Source: Minisyncoccota bacterium (GTDB lineage: Bacteria; Patescibacteriota; Minisyncoccia; Phycocordibacterales; UBA2100). Taken from it: a stretch of DNA of 64,000 nt. Each line of letters begins with the position of its first letter. Within the stretch, counting starts at the first letter, position 1. The notes beneath the pieces are model-generated. The model made no database searches and was not told the DNA's origin. It was given only the letters and a program-made list of their open reading frames with translations. The stretch covers positions 329,462 to 393,461 of the forward strand of contig JALHPE010000001.1 in assembly GCA_022842645.1 (NCBI GenBank), in the 5' to 3' direction. A program made the position numbers and the translations under genes. Shown here one piece after another: positions 20,142-29,467 of the stretch.

Positions 20142-20603
20142 ATGCATATTCAAACGAAAGAGGACATGCAGAAAGAGGCGGCACTTTTGGTGTTGAGGAT
20201 CGCTCCGGGCAAGGGGGCGACAGTGCTCGCGCTCTCGGGTGAGTTAGGTGCAGGGAAAACCACTTTTGTGCAGGGCATCGCGAAATCCCTCGGTATAGAG
20301 GAGTCTGTCACCAGCCCCACGTTCGTTATTATGAAGATCTACGACCTTCTGGATCAGAAATTTAAACGACTCGTGCACATGGACGCATATCGTCTTAAAG
20401 GGAAGGAGCACCTCCGTGTTTTGGGGTGGGATGCGCTTATCTCGGATCCTGGGAATCTCATTTGCATTGAGTGGCCAGAAAAAATACAAGACGCCATACC
20501 GTCGGATGCTATTCGCGTCACACTTCGGTATAGTGGTGAGGGAAGGGACATAACCTATGGCACAGACGAAAACAAAAAAACACGCACGACTTCTTCTGCT
20601 TGA
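20142..20603 (+). CDS. tsaE: tRNA t6A biosynthesis ATPase TsaE
   Basis: [26 protein letters not shown]. Confidence 0.95.
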   Translation: MHIQTKEDMQKEAALLVLRIAPGKGATVLALSGELGAGKTTFVQGIAKSLGIEESVTSPTFVIMKIYDLLDQKFKRLVHMDAYRLKGKEHLRVLGWDALISDPGNLICIEWPEKIQDAIPSDAIRVTLRYSGEGRDITYGTDENKKTRTTSSA

Positions 20604-22941
20604 TTCGCACGCAATCTTACACCGTGCGTTCCACGCAATTCCCGATTTTTCGACTGCGAAGGGCGAGCCGACAGGGGCTCTCTATGGGCTCATCACGATG
20701 CTTCTGAAATCCATCTATGATTTTAGTCCTGACTACATTGTTGCGGCGCGGGATCTGCCGGGGGGCACCTTTCGCGACAAGCTCTTCGAAGGCTATAAAG
20801 GCACGCGCGTAGAAATAGACGACGCACTTCTTTCTCAGCTCAAAAAAGCACCCGAGGTACTCGAGGCGTTTGGTATACCCGTCTACTCCGCCGAAGGGTT
20901 TGAGGCCGATGATGTGATTGGCACGATTGTAGAGAAGCTTAAGAAAAAAGATATTGAAATAATTATCGCGACAGGAGACGCCGATATGTTTCAGCTTGTG
21001 GATGGCAAAAAAGTGCAGGTTTTTCACTTACGACAAGGCATTAACGATCTTGTGCTTTATGACGACGAGCGTGTCCGGGAACGCTACGGTTTTGGTGCCG
21101 AACATGTGATTGATTACAAGGGTATTCGCGGAGATGCCTCTGACAACATTCCTGGAGTCCCCGGAGTGGGTGAGGGAAGTGCAACAAAACTTATTGGCAC
21201 CTTTGGTTCGCTTGAAGATCTGTATGCGGCGATTCAGAAAGAGGGTGTTGAGGATGTTGCAAAAGAAGCAGGGGTGCAGAAGAGGTATGTGCAGTTAGTG
21301 GCAGATAATAAAGAAAAAGCACTCTTTTCACGCATGCTTGCAACGATTAGTCGTGAGACGCCGATTGATTTTGAGCTCCCCAAGGAGGAATGGAAGGTGA
21401 GTGATCACATTACGTCGATTGACGCCGTGTGCGATGCGTACGAATTTCGTTCGATAAAAGAACGGCTCCATGCAAAGCTTAAAAAATTTGAGGACACCGA
21501 TGCGGTGCCCGAAGAGTTACGCGAAGACGTTGAGGCAGAGGATGTCCATGAAGTGGCTATCATGCTTTGGCTTTTGAATTCCGAGATGGGGAGCGCAGCG
21601 CTCCAAGAGATTCTTGATTATGCGGGAACCAAGAAATTTTCCGAGGCGAGAGCGCACATCGAGAAAAAGATGCGCGAGACGGGGCGTCTTGGGGATGTGT
21701 TCGAAACAATAGAGAAACCCCTCATTCCAGTAATAAAAGAAATGAATGCGCGAGGAGTCTATCTCGATAAGAAAGAACTTCAAAGGCTCGAGACAGAATA
21801 CCGAAAAACACTCGGTGAAATTGCGGGAAGGATTTTTCAGCACGCAGGGCATGAGTTCAATATCAATTCCCCGAGACAGCTTGCGGGAGTTATTTACGAT
21901 GAATTGAAGCTTGTTCCCGAAAAGCAGAAAAAGACCGCAACGGGACAGAGAACAACAAAAGAAGACGAGCTTGCTAAGATTTCCGACCAGCATCCGATTA
22001 TTGAAGAAATTCTCCAATTTAGGGAGCTGCAAAAACTGCTTTCCACCTATCTTGAGAAGATGCTTGAACTCATTTCTCCTGACGGGCGTCTGCGCGCAGA
22101 ATTTTTGCAGAACAGCACGGTGACGGGGCGCATGGGGTGTAAAGATCCGAACTTGCAAAACATTCCTATTCGCACCGAATATGGTCGCCGCATACGGAGT
22201 GCTTTTGTGGCGCCTAAGGGCAAGTGTCTTATCTCTCTCGACTATTCCCAGATTGAACTACGTATTGCCGCAGGGCTCTCTGCGGATACAAAATTGATTG
22301 CTGTATTTCAAGAGGGGGCCGATATTCATACTGCGGTTGCGGCTAATGTGTTTAATGTCTCGCCAGAGAAGGTGGATAAAGAAATGCGTCGTCGCGCAAA
22401 AGTGATTAACTTCGGCATTCTCTACGGCATGGGTGCGAATGCGCTTCGGCAGAATCTTGGGGGAAACGTGACGCGCGAGGAAGCGGCGCAGTATCTCGAA
22501 GCGTATTTTGCGCAATATCCCGATCTCTCGCGCTGGGTCGAGGAGACGAAGAGTGATGCAAAGCGAGACGGTTTCGTTGAGACATTTTTTGGTCGTCGTC
22601 GCTATCTTCCGGGCTTTAAATCCACACTCCCCATGCTGCGCGCGCAGGCCGAGCGCTTTGCGGTGAATGCGCCAATTCAAGGAACGCAAGCTGACATCAT
22701 CAAACTTGCGATGGTACATGCTGATGCACTGATCGAAAAGAAAAAGTGGCGCGATCAGGTAGGACTCGTTCTCCAGGTGCACGATGAATTAGTGTACGAA
22801 GTAGAAGGGGTGATTGCCGAGGAGGTGGGGGAGTCTATCAAAGAAGTAATGGAGTCAACCTTGCCTAGGGGAGCCCTGGGGGGCGTGCCGATAGTTGCTG
22901 AGGTGGCGATGGGGGAAGACTGGGGGAATCTCAAAAAATAA
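20557..22941 (+). CDS. polA: DNA polymerase I (5'-3' exonuclease + polymerase, reduced 3'-5' exonuclease region)
   Basis: EADDVIGT, GDASDNIPGV, PNLQNIP, DYSQIELR, AKVINFGILYG, QVHDELV. Confidence 0.96.
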   Translation: MAQTKTKKHARLLLLDSHAILHRAFHAIPDFSTAKGEPTGALYGLITMLLKSIYDFSPDYIVAARDLPGGTFRDKLFEGYKGTRVEIDDALLSQLKKAPEVLEAFGIPVYSAEGFEADDVIGTIVEKLKKKDIEIIIATGDADMFQLVDGKKVQVFHLRQGINDLVLYDDERVRERYGFGAEHVIDYKGIRGDASDNIPGVPGVGEGSATKLIGTFGSLEDLYAAIQKEGVEDVAKEAGVQKRYVQLVADNKEKALFSRMLATISRETPIDFELPKEEWKVSDHITSIDAVCDAYEFRSIKERLHAKLKKFEDTDAVPEELREDVEAEDVHEVAIMLWLLNSEMGSAALQEILDYAGTKKFSEARAHIEKKMRETGRLGDVFETIEKPLIPVIKEMNARGVYLDKKELQRLETEYRKTLGEIAGRIFQHAGHEFNINSPRQLAGVIYDELKLVPEKQKKTATGQRTTKEDELAKISDQHPIIEEILQFRELQKLLSTYLEKMLELISPDGRLRAEFLQNSTVTGRMGCKDPNLQNIPIRTEYGRRIRSAFVAPKGKCLISLDYSQIELRIAAGLSADTKLIAVFQEGADIHTAVAANVFNVSPEKVDKEMRRRAKVINFGILYGMGANALRQNLGGNVTREEAAQYLEAYFAQYPDLSRWVEETKSDAKRDGFVETFFGRRRYLPGFKSTLPMLRAQAERFAVNAPIQGTQADIIKLAMVHADALIEKKKWRDQVGLVLQVHDELVYEVEGVIAEEVGESIKEVMESTLPRGALGGVPIVAEVAMGEDWGNLKK

Positions 22942-22942
22942 T

Positions 22943-23575
22943 ATGTTGTTTGTTTTCACTGGCACCGACAGAGACAAGGCGCGCGCGGCGCTTGAGAAAT
23001 ATATTGAAAAAGAGGGAAAGGGTGTGCGGGTAGTGAGGATTACCGATGTGCATACACTCGAGGATTTGAGAGCGGCACTTCAGGGCGGCGGAATGTTTGC
23101 TGAAAAGCGAGTCCTTGTTTTTGAAGGAGTATGCGAGAACGAAGAGATGGAGCCGATTTTTCTTGAGGCACTTGCGCGCGTTGCGGAAAGTGATGAGAAG
23201 GTATTTATCTACGAAGCAAAACCGCTTGCTGATTTGAAGAAGCGGTTACAAAAATATGCGGAACGTTTTGAAACATTCGACCTTCCGAAGCGCGGGCGCG
23301 AGAATGATATCTTTGCGCTTGCGAACGCACTTCGTGCACGAAACAAAAAACAACTTTGGGTGGGCTACATGCGCGAGGTTGGGAAAGGTTCTGCGCCTGA
23401 GGCGACGCACGGATTTCTTTTTTGGGCGGCAAAAGATATGTATTTGAAATCGGGCGGGAAAGATGCGTACGCAAAGAAACTGATTGGGGAGCTTACTGAA
23501 TTGCCGCATCTGGCGCGCAGGCGAGGAGAGGAGCTCGATTATGCACTTGAGCGGTTTGTGCTATCGCTGAAATGA
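22943..23575 (+). CDS. DNA polymerase III delta-subunit-like (HolA-like) protein
   Basis: MLFVFTGTD...GGMFAEKRVLV...LERFVL; follows polA. Confidence 0.6.
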   Translation: MLFVFTGTDRDKARAALEKYIEKEGKGVRVVRITDVHTLEDLRAALQGGGMFAEKRVLVFEGVCENEEMEPIFLEALARVAESDEKVFIYEAKPLADLKKRLQKYAERFETFDLPKRGRENDIFALANALRARNKKQLWVGYMREVGKGSAPEATHGFLFWAAKDMYLKSGGKDAYAKKLIGELTELPHLARRRGEELDYALERFVLSLK

Positions 23576-23591
23576 TTGCATCATTAACAGT

Positions 23592-24830
23592 ATGCAAAGA
23601 ATTGTGCGGCCATACATTCTCACCGTCTTAATATTGTTTAGTTTTGTAATGCCCCACCACGCCACTGCCCTTGGAGGGGAGGCTAATGCAATGTGTAACC
23701 CATGGTTTGCCCAATGTCCGTGTAATCAAGTGCCATGTAAGAAAGGTTGTTGCGGTGGAAAAAATACAAATATGTGTCCACCAGGTGTATGTAAAGACAC
23801 TACAAATGGTCTGACCACTATCGGGATTTGTATAGCCGCAAACAAATGCGAGGGAGTTTCCGGGCAAGGTGCTGGCGGTGAGGGTTCACAAATGATCAAT
23901 CAACTCCTTGGCCAGGCAATGCAGCAAATTATGCAAGGACTTCAAGGGGGTGGAGGAGGCGGGGGTGGCTCCGGTGCGGCGCCGGGATCGGGTCTCGCTG
24001 GATGTACCGACTACTACCAAGTGTCCACCCCATCGACTGATCCGTGTGCAATCTATTCTCCCTCGGCTGTCTTAGACGCTGGTGGCGGTTCTTCGGGGAT
24101 CGCAAATGATCTTCTCGGTGCACTCGGGTCTCCTGCCCCATCTAATGTCAGTGGAGGACTTTTGGATACGATAAAAAATGTAACGGGCACTGATTCAAAT
24201 ACACAAACAAACACACCAACACCAACCGCGGGTAATCAGGGTCTCTCGGGCGATTTGCGTGTGGGGAATGCGGGAGCGACTATTTTTGCAAATCTTCGTG
24301 AAGGACTCAGTGAGGTGGCTGGATTCTTTGGCGGCTCGACCGGCGGCGCTTCGCAGGCGCTTTCCGCGGCGGGGCGTCTGTGTTCCGCGCGTCCGTGGCA
24401 AGGAGGAGTTGTGAGCAATGTGATTTCTCCCACCTTCTTTGATGGTATTTGTAAATTAAGCGGCTACCAAGTGGGTGCTATTGCGCCAACGCAGTCGGGG
24501 CGAACAGGTGGTACTGGACAACCAAACTCTCCAGGCATGGGGGCAGCTGCGCCTCGACCAATTATGCCTGGAGCCGTCAGCGATGTACCACCAGAAGCAG
24601 ATATTTGGGCTGAACCTTCTTCAGTGCGTCTTGGTACGCGCACCTATGTTTTCTGGCGCGCGCAGGGCGTTGTGTCGTGCGCTGCGACAGGACCTAACTT
24701 CTCGCAGAACTCACTTTCTGGAGGTGCTTCGACCGTACCCATTTCAGGACCAACAACCTTTTCCATCGAATGTCTCACTGGTGCAAGTACAACAATTAGT
24801 GACAGTGTGACCGTGCAGATTGCGATTTAA
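23592..24830 (+). CDS. Secreted Cys/Gly-rich protein with C-terminal Ig-like module
   Basis: Signal peptide; dense Cys cluster at residues ~35-87; Gly-rich linker. Confidence 0.75.
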   Translation: MQRIVRPYILTVLILFSFVMPHHATALGGEANAMCNPWFAQCPCNQVPCKKGCCGGKNTNMCPPGVCKDTTNGLTTIGICIAANKCEGVSGQGAGGEGSQMINQLLGQAMQQIMQGLQGGGGGGGGSGAAPGSGLAGCTDYYQVSTPSTDPCAIYSPSAVLDAGGGSSGIANDLLGALGSPAPSNVSGGLLDTIKNVTGTDSNTQTNTPTPTAGNQGLSGDLRVGNAGATIFANLREGLSEVAGFFGGSTGGASQALSAAGRLCSARPWQGGVVSNVISPTFFDGICKLSGYQVGAIAPTQSGRTGGTGQPNSPGMGAAAPRPIMPGAVSDVPPEADIWAEPSSVRLGTRTYVFWRAQGVVSCAATGPNFSQNSLSGGASTVPISGPTTFSIECLTGASTTISDSVTVQIAI

Positions 24831-24902
24831 TGCCTTCAAGCGAGGGGCTTTGAGCCTACTAAAGATTCACGTTTACGCGAGGGCGTGGTATAAGTTTTGT
24901 AA

Positions 24903-24977
24903 TCCGCCTATAGCTCAGATGGTAGAGCAGCTCCCTTTTAAGGAGACGGTCCCAGGTTCGATCCCTGGTGGGCGGAA
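24903..24977 (+). tRNA. tRNA-Lys(TTT)
   Basis: Acceptor TCCGCCT/GGGCGGA, D-arm TAGCTCAGATGGTAGAGC, loop CTTTTAA, GGTTCGATCC. Confidence 0.93.
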
Positions 24978-25112
24978 ATGAAAGAAAAATAGGGTCTGCA
25001 CGCTATTTTTCGTTACATTTCCGAGACGGAGGCATGTTTCGCGAGTACGCGAAACAGCCGAGTCGGGGTCGAAGAATTCTTGTCGCGACGGCGACAAGAA
25101 TATCTGTGACGA
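24978..25112 (+). repeat. tRNA-3'-associated structured element, copy 1
   Basis: GACGGAGGC-hairpin-GCCGAGTCGGGGTCG-hairpin(GACG loop)-AATATCTGTGAC, shared with copies after tRNA-Arg, Val and Leu. Confidence 0.8.
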
Positions 25113-25123
25113 CTGAAGACTGT

Positions 25124-25462
25124 TTACAGCGGCAAATCAAACGCAAACGGCCCAGGGCCTGTGATGAGGAGTGTGATACTCATTACGAGTGTGAGCCAAA
25201 GGGTACTTTTCGGGGTTGAGCTGCCACGAGCAAGAGATTCGATAAGAGTGAGGATGGCAATGAGTGCCATAGGTTGCGTGAGTGCGCCCACAAAAAGGAA
25301 TAGTGCTGCGAGTCCAGTTACGACGCCGGAGGCGCGCGTCCAGATGTCTTCTTTGCGAAGATTCTCAAGCGCGATCTTGCCGAGTATGACCGCAACTGCA
25401 ATGCGAATGAGAAGGCCCGCGAATGGTGCGAGGTAGAGCAGTTCGGGGAAGTACGAAAGCAT
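25124..25462 (-). CDS. DoxX-like small membrane protein
   Basis: Four hydrophobic segments; LLIRIA...GALTQ...LLITGPGPFAFDLPL. Confidence 0.65.
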   Translation of the reverse strand: MLSYFPELLYLAPFAGLLIRIAVAVILGKIALENLRKEDIWTRASGVVTGLAALFLFVGALTQPMALIAILTLIESLARGSSTPKSTLWLTLVMSITLLITGPGPFAFDLPL

Positions 25463-25514
25463 GGGGGCAGTGTACCGCCTTGTCTTCGGCGCGACAAGAA
25501 TATAGGGTGCTTCT

Positions 25515-25988
25515 ATGGAGCGATACATTATCTTGCACAACCTTCGTAGTGCCCACAATGTGGGCGCAATTTTCCGCACCGCGGACGCCTCCGCTATTTC
25601 CCATATGTATCTCACCGGCTATACGCCGGCACCGCTTGATAGGTTTAAGCGTCCGCAGGGTGAGATTGCAAAGACGGCGCTTGGCGCAGAAAAAGCAATT
25701 TCTTGGACGAGTGCACGCTCTCTTTCTCGTGTTATGAGAAGTCTTCGTGCAAACGGTGTGCGTATTGTTGGTGTCGAGCAAGATGCACGGGCGCGTGACT
25801 ATCGTCTTTTTAAACCCGAAGGAGCGACAGCATTTCTTTTTGGGAACGAAGTGACGGGACTCGCCCCCTCAATCCGCACATCGTGCGACGATCTTGTGGA
25901 AATTCCCATGCTCGGCATGAAAGAGTCGCTCAATGTTGCAACAACCGCGGGAATTATTTTGTTCTCAACGCTTCCGTTTAATACGTAA
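25515..25988 (+). CDS. TrmH/SpoU family RNA methyltransferase
   Basis: LHNLRSAHNVGAIFRTAD, FGNEVTG, IPMLGMKESLNVA. Confidence 0.92.
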   Translation: MERYIILHNLRSAHNVGAIFRTADASAISHMYLTGYTPAPLDRFKRPQGEIAKTALGAEKAISWTSARSLSRVMRSLRANGVRIVGVEQDARARDYRLFKPEGATAFLFGNEVTGLAPSIRTSCDDLVEIPMLGMKESLNVATTAGIILFSTLPFNT

Positions 25989-26982
25989 ATACATCAACAG
26001 TGCGACCTTGCGCATCTAAGAGACGGATTACATCGTGCGAGGCTCTCCATATCTCGCCGGGTGCTCCAAGATACAAGCGCCAGACATTGTCGTGAAAATC
26101 GGCACGATAACTTTGTGTGCGCACGCAGCCGTTATACGAAAGTGTGTCGGCTAACTGTGTGCGGCATGTCGCAGTGAGTGTCTGGGGAAGTTCTTGTGGA
26201 AACTGACATGATTGGATTCCTTGGAGTGCGTCAAAGCACTCGGCGCCATAGCGCATAAGATTTTGTTCGGAAAGTGGCATGAGCGAAGAGGGGGAGGGGC
26301 AACGTTCAGCGAGTGGTGGAGTAAATGATTGGAATTGTTGGAGGTATCCGGTGCAGGTGTTTTCTCGGAAGGAGACACCGACGGGTGAAGAACCGCTTGT
26401 GAGAATTGCGACGCCACCGGGCGCGAGTGCCACTGCGCCTAGTGTATTAGGTATTCCTTGCGAGAATGGTGCAGCTGCTCCCGGAATCACAACACGCACT
26501 CCCGTGAGCGCGCTTTCAAGCGACCATCCCTGGATGTTGATGGGGGAGTTATTTCGATATTCGGCTTGCAGTTGCACATACTCAGTGTTTGCATCGGTCG
26601 CGTGAATACCTCCTTCGTCTCGGGCAATAAAGACCGCGCCGACGTAGGTGGAGGGCGTGCCGAAATTGCGCATCTCCGCCGCTTCTCGGTTGAGGCGCTC
26701 GTATTCTTCCGTCAAAGCGAGGAGTTCTGCTTGTGCATTTCCAGGGTCATTTGCATAGGGGTCAGAAATCTGTAAAGCCTTAGTTATGTCGATGGGGACA
26801 AAGAGCTGAGTTGGCTGCCACGGGAGGCGAAAGCCAACGCCTTCGTCTGGAGTGATGGGTTCGAGAAAGTCTATAGACGTAATATCATTAAATACGCTTC
26901 GTGGTCCGCCGCCGATCACCCAGAGCGTTAGTGCGGCGAGCACAATAAAAATCAAAAGCCAAATCACCACCTGTCGGAGCAT
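25978..26982 (-). CDS. Membrane-anchored hypothetical protein (lamin-tail-like domain)
   Basis: N-terminal TM; EYVQL...INIQGWSL...DVIRLLDAQGRTVD. Confidence 0.65.
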   Translation of the reverse strand: MLRQVVIWLLIFIVLAALTLWVIGGGPRSVFNDITSIDFLEPITPDEGVGFRLPWQPTQLFVPIDITKALQISDPYANDPGNAQAELLALTEEYERLNREAAEMRNFGTPSTYVGAVFIARDEGGIHATDANTEYVQLQAEYRNNSPINIQGWSLESALTGVRVVIPGAAAPFSQGIPNTLGAVALAPGGVAILTSGSSPVGVSFRENTCTGYLQQFQSFTPPLAERCPSPSSLMPLSEQNLMRYGAECFDALQGIQSCQFPQELPQTLTATCRTQLADTLSYNGCVRTQSYRADFHDNVWRLYLGAPGEIWRASHDVIRLLDAQGRTVDVFTY

Positions 26983-26999
26983 GCCACTAGTATATCCTT

Positions 27000-28244
27000 C
27001 TATGAATGCATCTTCCGCAATTCTTCACGTACCACCTGTGCATCACTCCATGGCATAGCACTTCCGCGCGCGCCTTGTATAGTTGGATCGGTTCCTTTGC
27101 CGGTCACAATAACGCAATCACCTGAGCGCGCGAGAGAAAGTGCGCGTGCAATGGCCGAGCGGCGATCCATGATGATTTCGGGAGTTTTTTTCTCAATACC
27201 GCGTGCGAGTGTATCAATGATGCCGCGCGGATCTTCGTCGTACGGATCCTCGTTGGTGAGGATAATCGTATCGCAATACGTTTCAGCAACGCTTCCCATG
27301 ACAGGACGTTTCCACATATCTCGCCCACCCCCCGTCGAACCAAGTACACAAATTTTTCGTCGCTCAGGATATGCTTCATAGATCGCGCGCAGCGAATCGG
27401 GCGTATGAGCATAATCAACAACAGCAGTAAACGATTGTCCTTCGTCAATCTCTTCGGCACGCCCTGGAATGCGCTTGAGACTTGCAATGCCGCGCGCGAT
27501 TGTGTGCTCTCGAATACCGAATGCACGCGCAAACGTTGCAGCCGCAAGTGCGTTTATAAGTGAAAACGTACCTGGTAGCGCAACACTGATGCGTGTTTCC
27601 CCCAAGGTAAAAAATCCATCATGTTCTCGTGCCTCATACGGCGTGGCACCGAGAAGGGAAAATGGAATCGGGTATTCAATCGGTAGTGAGAGATACCTAC
27701 CGCTTTGTGTGTCATCGGCGTTTGCCACCATGTACCGTGGACGTTTCGATGAGCGCGTGAGTTGTCGGCCAATTTCAAACTTGGCATCAGCGTATGCCTG
27801 AAGCGACCCGTGCGACTCTATGTGTTCGGGGGCAAGATTAATGAATAGAAGTGCGTCGAGTGCGAGGAATCTGTGTCGAAATTGGCGCGCGCCTTCGGAG
27901 GTGAGCTCGATAAATACAATACCGCATCCTGCTCGCACCGCATCAGCAATAAAGTTTTGTACAAAAAAACGCCCCGGAATGGTCATTCTCTTTGTGTTTG
28001 GTTCACTGTCGGTATCTATCTTAAATCTAATACTACTTGAAAGCGCCGTTTTCCAGCCAGCTGTTTCAAAAATAGCATTTAGATATTCAATAGTGGACGA
28101 TTTTCCTTTTGTGCCGGTTACTCCTACGACGACAATATGACGCGAGGGAAACCTACAAAAAAACGCCGCAAGAAATGCAAGTACAAAATGATAGGCAGAG
28201 AGAATCGGTGCAGGAAGTACGGAAGCGACTTTTTTCTTTAACAT
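27000..28244 (-). CDS. murE: Mur ligase, MurE-like
   Basis: GVTGTKGKSST, ELTSEG, PGR, VVDYAHTPD, GGGRD, NEDPYDED, GKG. Confidence 0.85.
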   Translation of the reverse strand: MLKKKVASVLPAPILSAYHFVLAFLAAFFCRFPSRHIVVVGVTGTKGKSSTIEYLNAIFETAGWKTALSSSIRFKIDTDSEPNTKRMTIPGRFFVQNFIADAVRAGCGIVFIELTSEGARQFRHRFLALDALLFINLAPEHIESHGSLQAYADAKFEIGRQLTRSSKRPRYMVANADDTQSGRYLSLPIEYPIPFSLLGATPYEAREHDGFFTLGETRISVALPGTFSLINALAAATFARAFGIREHTIARGIASLKRIPGRAEEIDEGQSFTAVVDYAHTPDSLRAIYEAYPERRKICVLGSTGGGRDMWKRPVMGSVAETYCDTIILTNEDPYDEDPRGIIDTLARGIEKKTPEIIMDRRSAIARALSLARSGDCVIVTGKGTDPTIQGARGSAMPWSDAQVVREELRKMHS

Positions 28245-28245
28245 A

Positions 28246-28815
28246 CTAGCGGCCGAGGAGTTTCAGTGCGGCGCGTAAGCGCTCGCTACTTGTTGCAATG
28301 GATGCAGGAACTTTCCGCAGCGTATCGCGCGCTTCGGCGTGCGAGTAACCAAGGGAGCGCATGGCTTCAAGCGCTTCTTCGTCTCCGCGCATGGCACCGT
28401 GCGCCTCTTCGGATCCCGCGCCCACTTTGTCGCGCAGTTCGATCACTATTTTTTCTGCCGTTTTGCGGCCAATTCCGGAAACCTTGGTGAGATACTCCGC
28501 CTCACCCTTTGCAATTGCGGTCCGCAGAGTTTCAGTTGAGGCGATGTCTAGAATGGCGAGTGCTGAGCGGGGGCCGACGCCGGAAACGGTGAGAAGCATC
28601 TCGAAGAATCGAAGTTCTTCCTCAAGGGCGAATCCAAAAAGAGAGAATGCATCTTCGCGTACGTGCGTGTGTATCCAGAGCCCAGCGGACTCTCCTCCCC
28701 GAAGGGAAAGCAAGAGCTGTTTTGTGCATGAGAGCTCATAGCCAACCCCCCCGACAAGGAGGATGAGGTGAGCCGCTCGCGTGCCTTTTACGACGCCTTC
28801 AAGGTAGCCGATCAT
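28246..28815 (-). CDS. ruvA: Holliday junction DNA-binding protein RuvA
   Basis: MIGYLEG, GVGY, VRED..LFGF, VSGVGPR, GIGRKTAEKI. Confidence 0.95.
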   Translation of the reverse strand: MIGYLEGVVKGTRAAHLILLVGGVGYELSCTKQLLLSLRGGESAGLWIHTHVREDAFSLFGFALEEELRFFEMLLTVSGVGPRSALAILDIASTETLRTAIAKGEAEYLTKVSGIGRKTAEKIVIELRDKVGAGSEEAHGAMRGDEEALEAMRSLGYSHAEARDTLRKVPASIATSSERLRAALKLLGR

Positions 28816-28905
28816 AGGGGAAGTATACCGTATGCCGTATTCGGTATACCGGGGGAATGCCGCAGAAACCCTTGTTTTTTGAGGGGAATAATGTAGTATC
28901 GCCGA

Positions 28906-29145
28906 ATGGCAAAAACAAAGTCTGCTAAGAAAGCATATCGCGTCGAGCTCCGCCGCCGCGTATTTAACGCGCGCCGCGCAAAGGCAATGAAAGACGGCGT
29001 GAAGGCAGTGGTAAAGTCACAGGATGCAAAAGATCTTCCTGCGGCGCAGAAAGCGATTGATAAGGCAGTGAAGCGCGGGCTCATCAAGAAGAACACCGCG
29101 GCCCGCATGAAGTCGCGCCTCGCGAAGAAGGTGGCGGCAAAGTAG
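28906..29145 (+). CDS. rpsT: 30S ribosomal protein S20
   Basis: KSAKK...IDKAVKRGLIKKNTAARMKSRL. Confidence 0.95.
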   Translation: MAKTKSAKKAYRVELRRRVFNARRAKAMKDGVKAVVKSQDAKDLPAAQKAIDKAVKRGLIKKNTAARMKSRLAKKVAAK

Positions 29146-29168
29146 GTTTTCAAGTATTCTGAGCGCAC

Positions 29169-29240
29169 GCTCTCGTCGTTCAACGGATAGGACACATCCT
29201 TGCGGAGGATGTAATGTAGGTTCGATTCCTGCCGAGAGCA
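29169..29240 (+). tRNA. tRNA-Arg(GCG)
   Basis: Acceptor GCTCTCG/CGAGAGC; anticodon arm CATCC-TTGCGGA-GGATG; GGTTCGATTCC. Confidence 0.9.
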
Positions 29241-29404
29241 ATTGAAGCGGAGCAAAATTGCTCCGGAGGACAGTGCCTTCGCACTGTCCGTCAGGAATCG
29301 AAAGGCGGAGCGTTACCGAGCCACTAGGCGAGGTCGCGAGCCGGGGTCGCGAAATTTCTGAGTGACGACGAAGAAATATTTGTGACCGATTCCTGCCGAG
29401 AGCA
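29241..29404 (+). repeat. tRNA-3'-associated structured element, copy 2, ending in an 18-bp direct repeat of the tRNA 3' end
   Basis: Anti-tRNA CAGGAATCGAA (29292-29302); core GGCGGAGCG...CGCGAGCCGGGGTCGCGAAAT...AATATTTGTGACC; CGATTCCTGCCGAGAGCA at 29223-29240 and 29387-29404. Confidence 0.85.
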
Positions 29405-29467
29405 CAAACTATTTTCTTTCCCCACGCTCGCATTGCAGAGAGGGGTAGAAGGTCGCATCATAAGGAC

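Noticed and set aside
20557-20603. 47-bp tsaE/polA overlap as a frameshift or recoding site
   Set aside because: Both ORFs are complete; a simple overlap in a compact genome is sufficient
29223-29404. Prophage or genomic island bounded by tRNA-Arg att repeats
   Set aside because: Only 146 bp lie between the repeats, with no ORF or integrase; treated as the small tRNA-associated element instead
29387-29404. Second or split tRNA gene
   Set aside because: Only the 3' 18 nt are present; no D-arm or anticodon arm upstream
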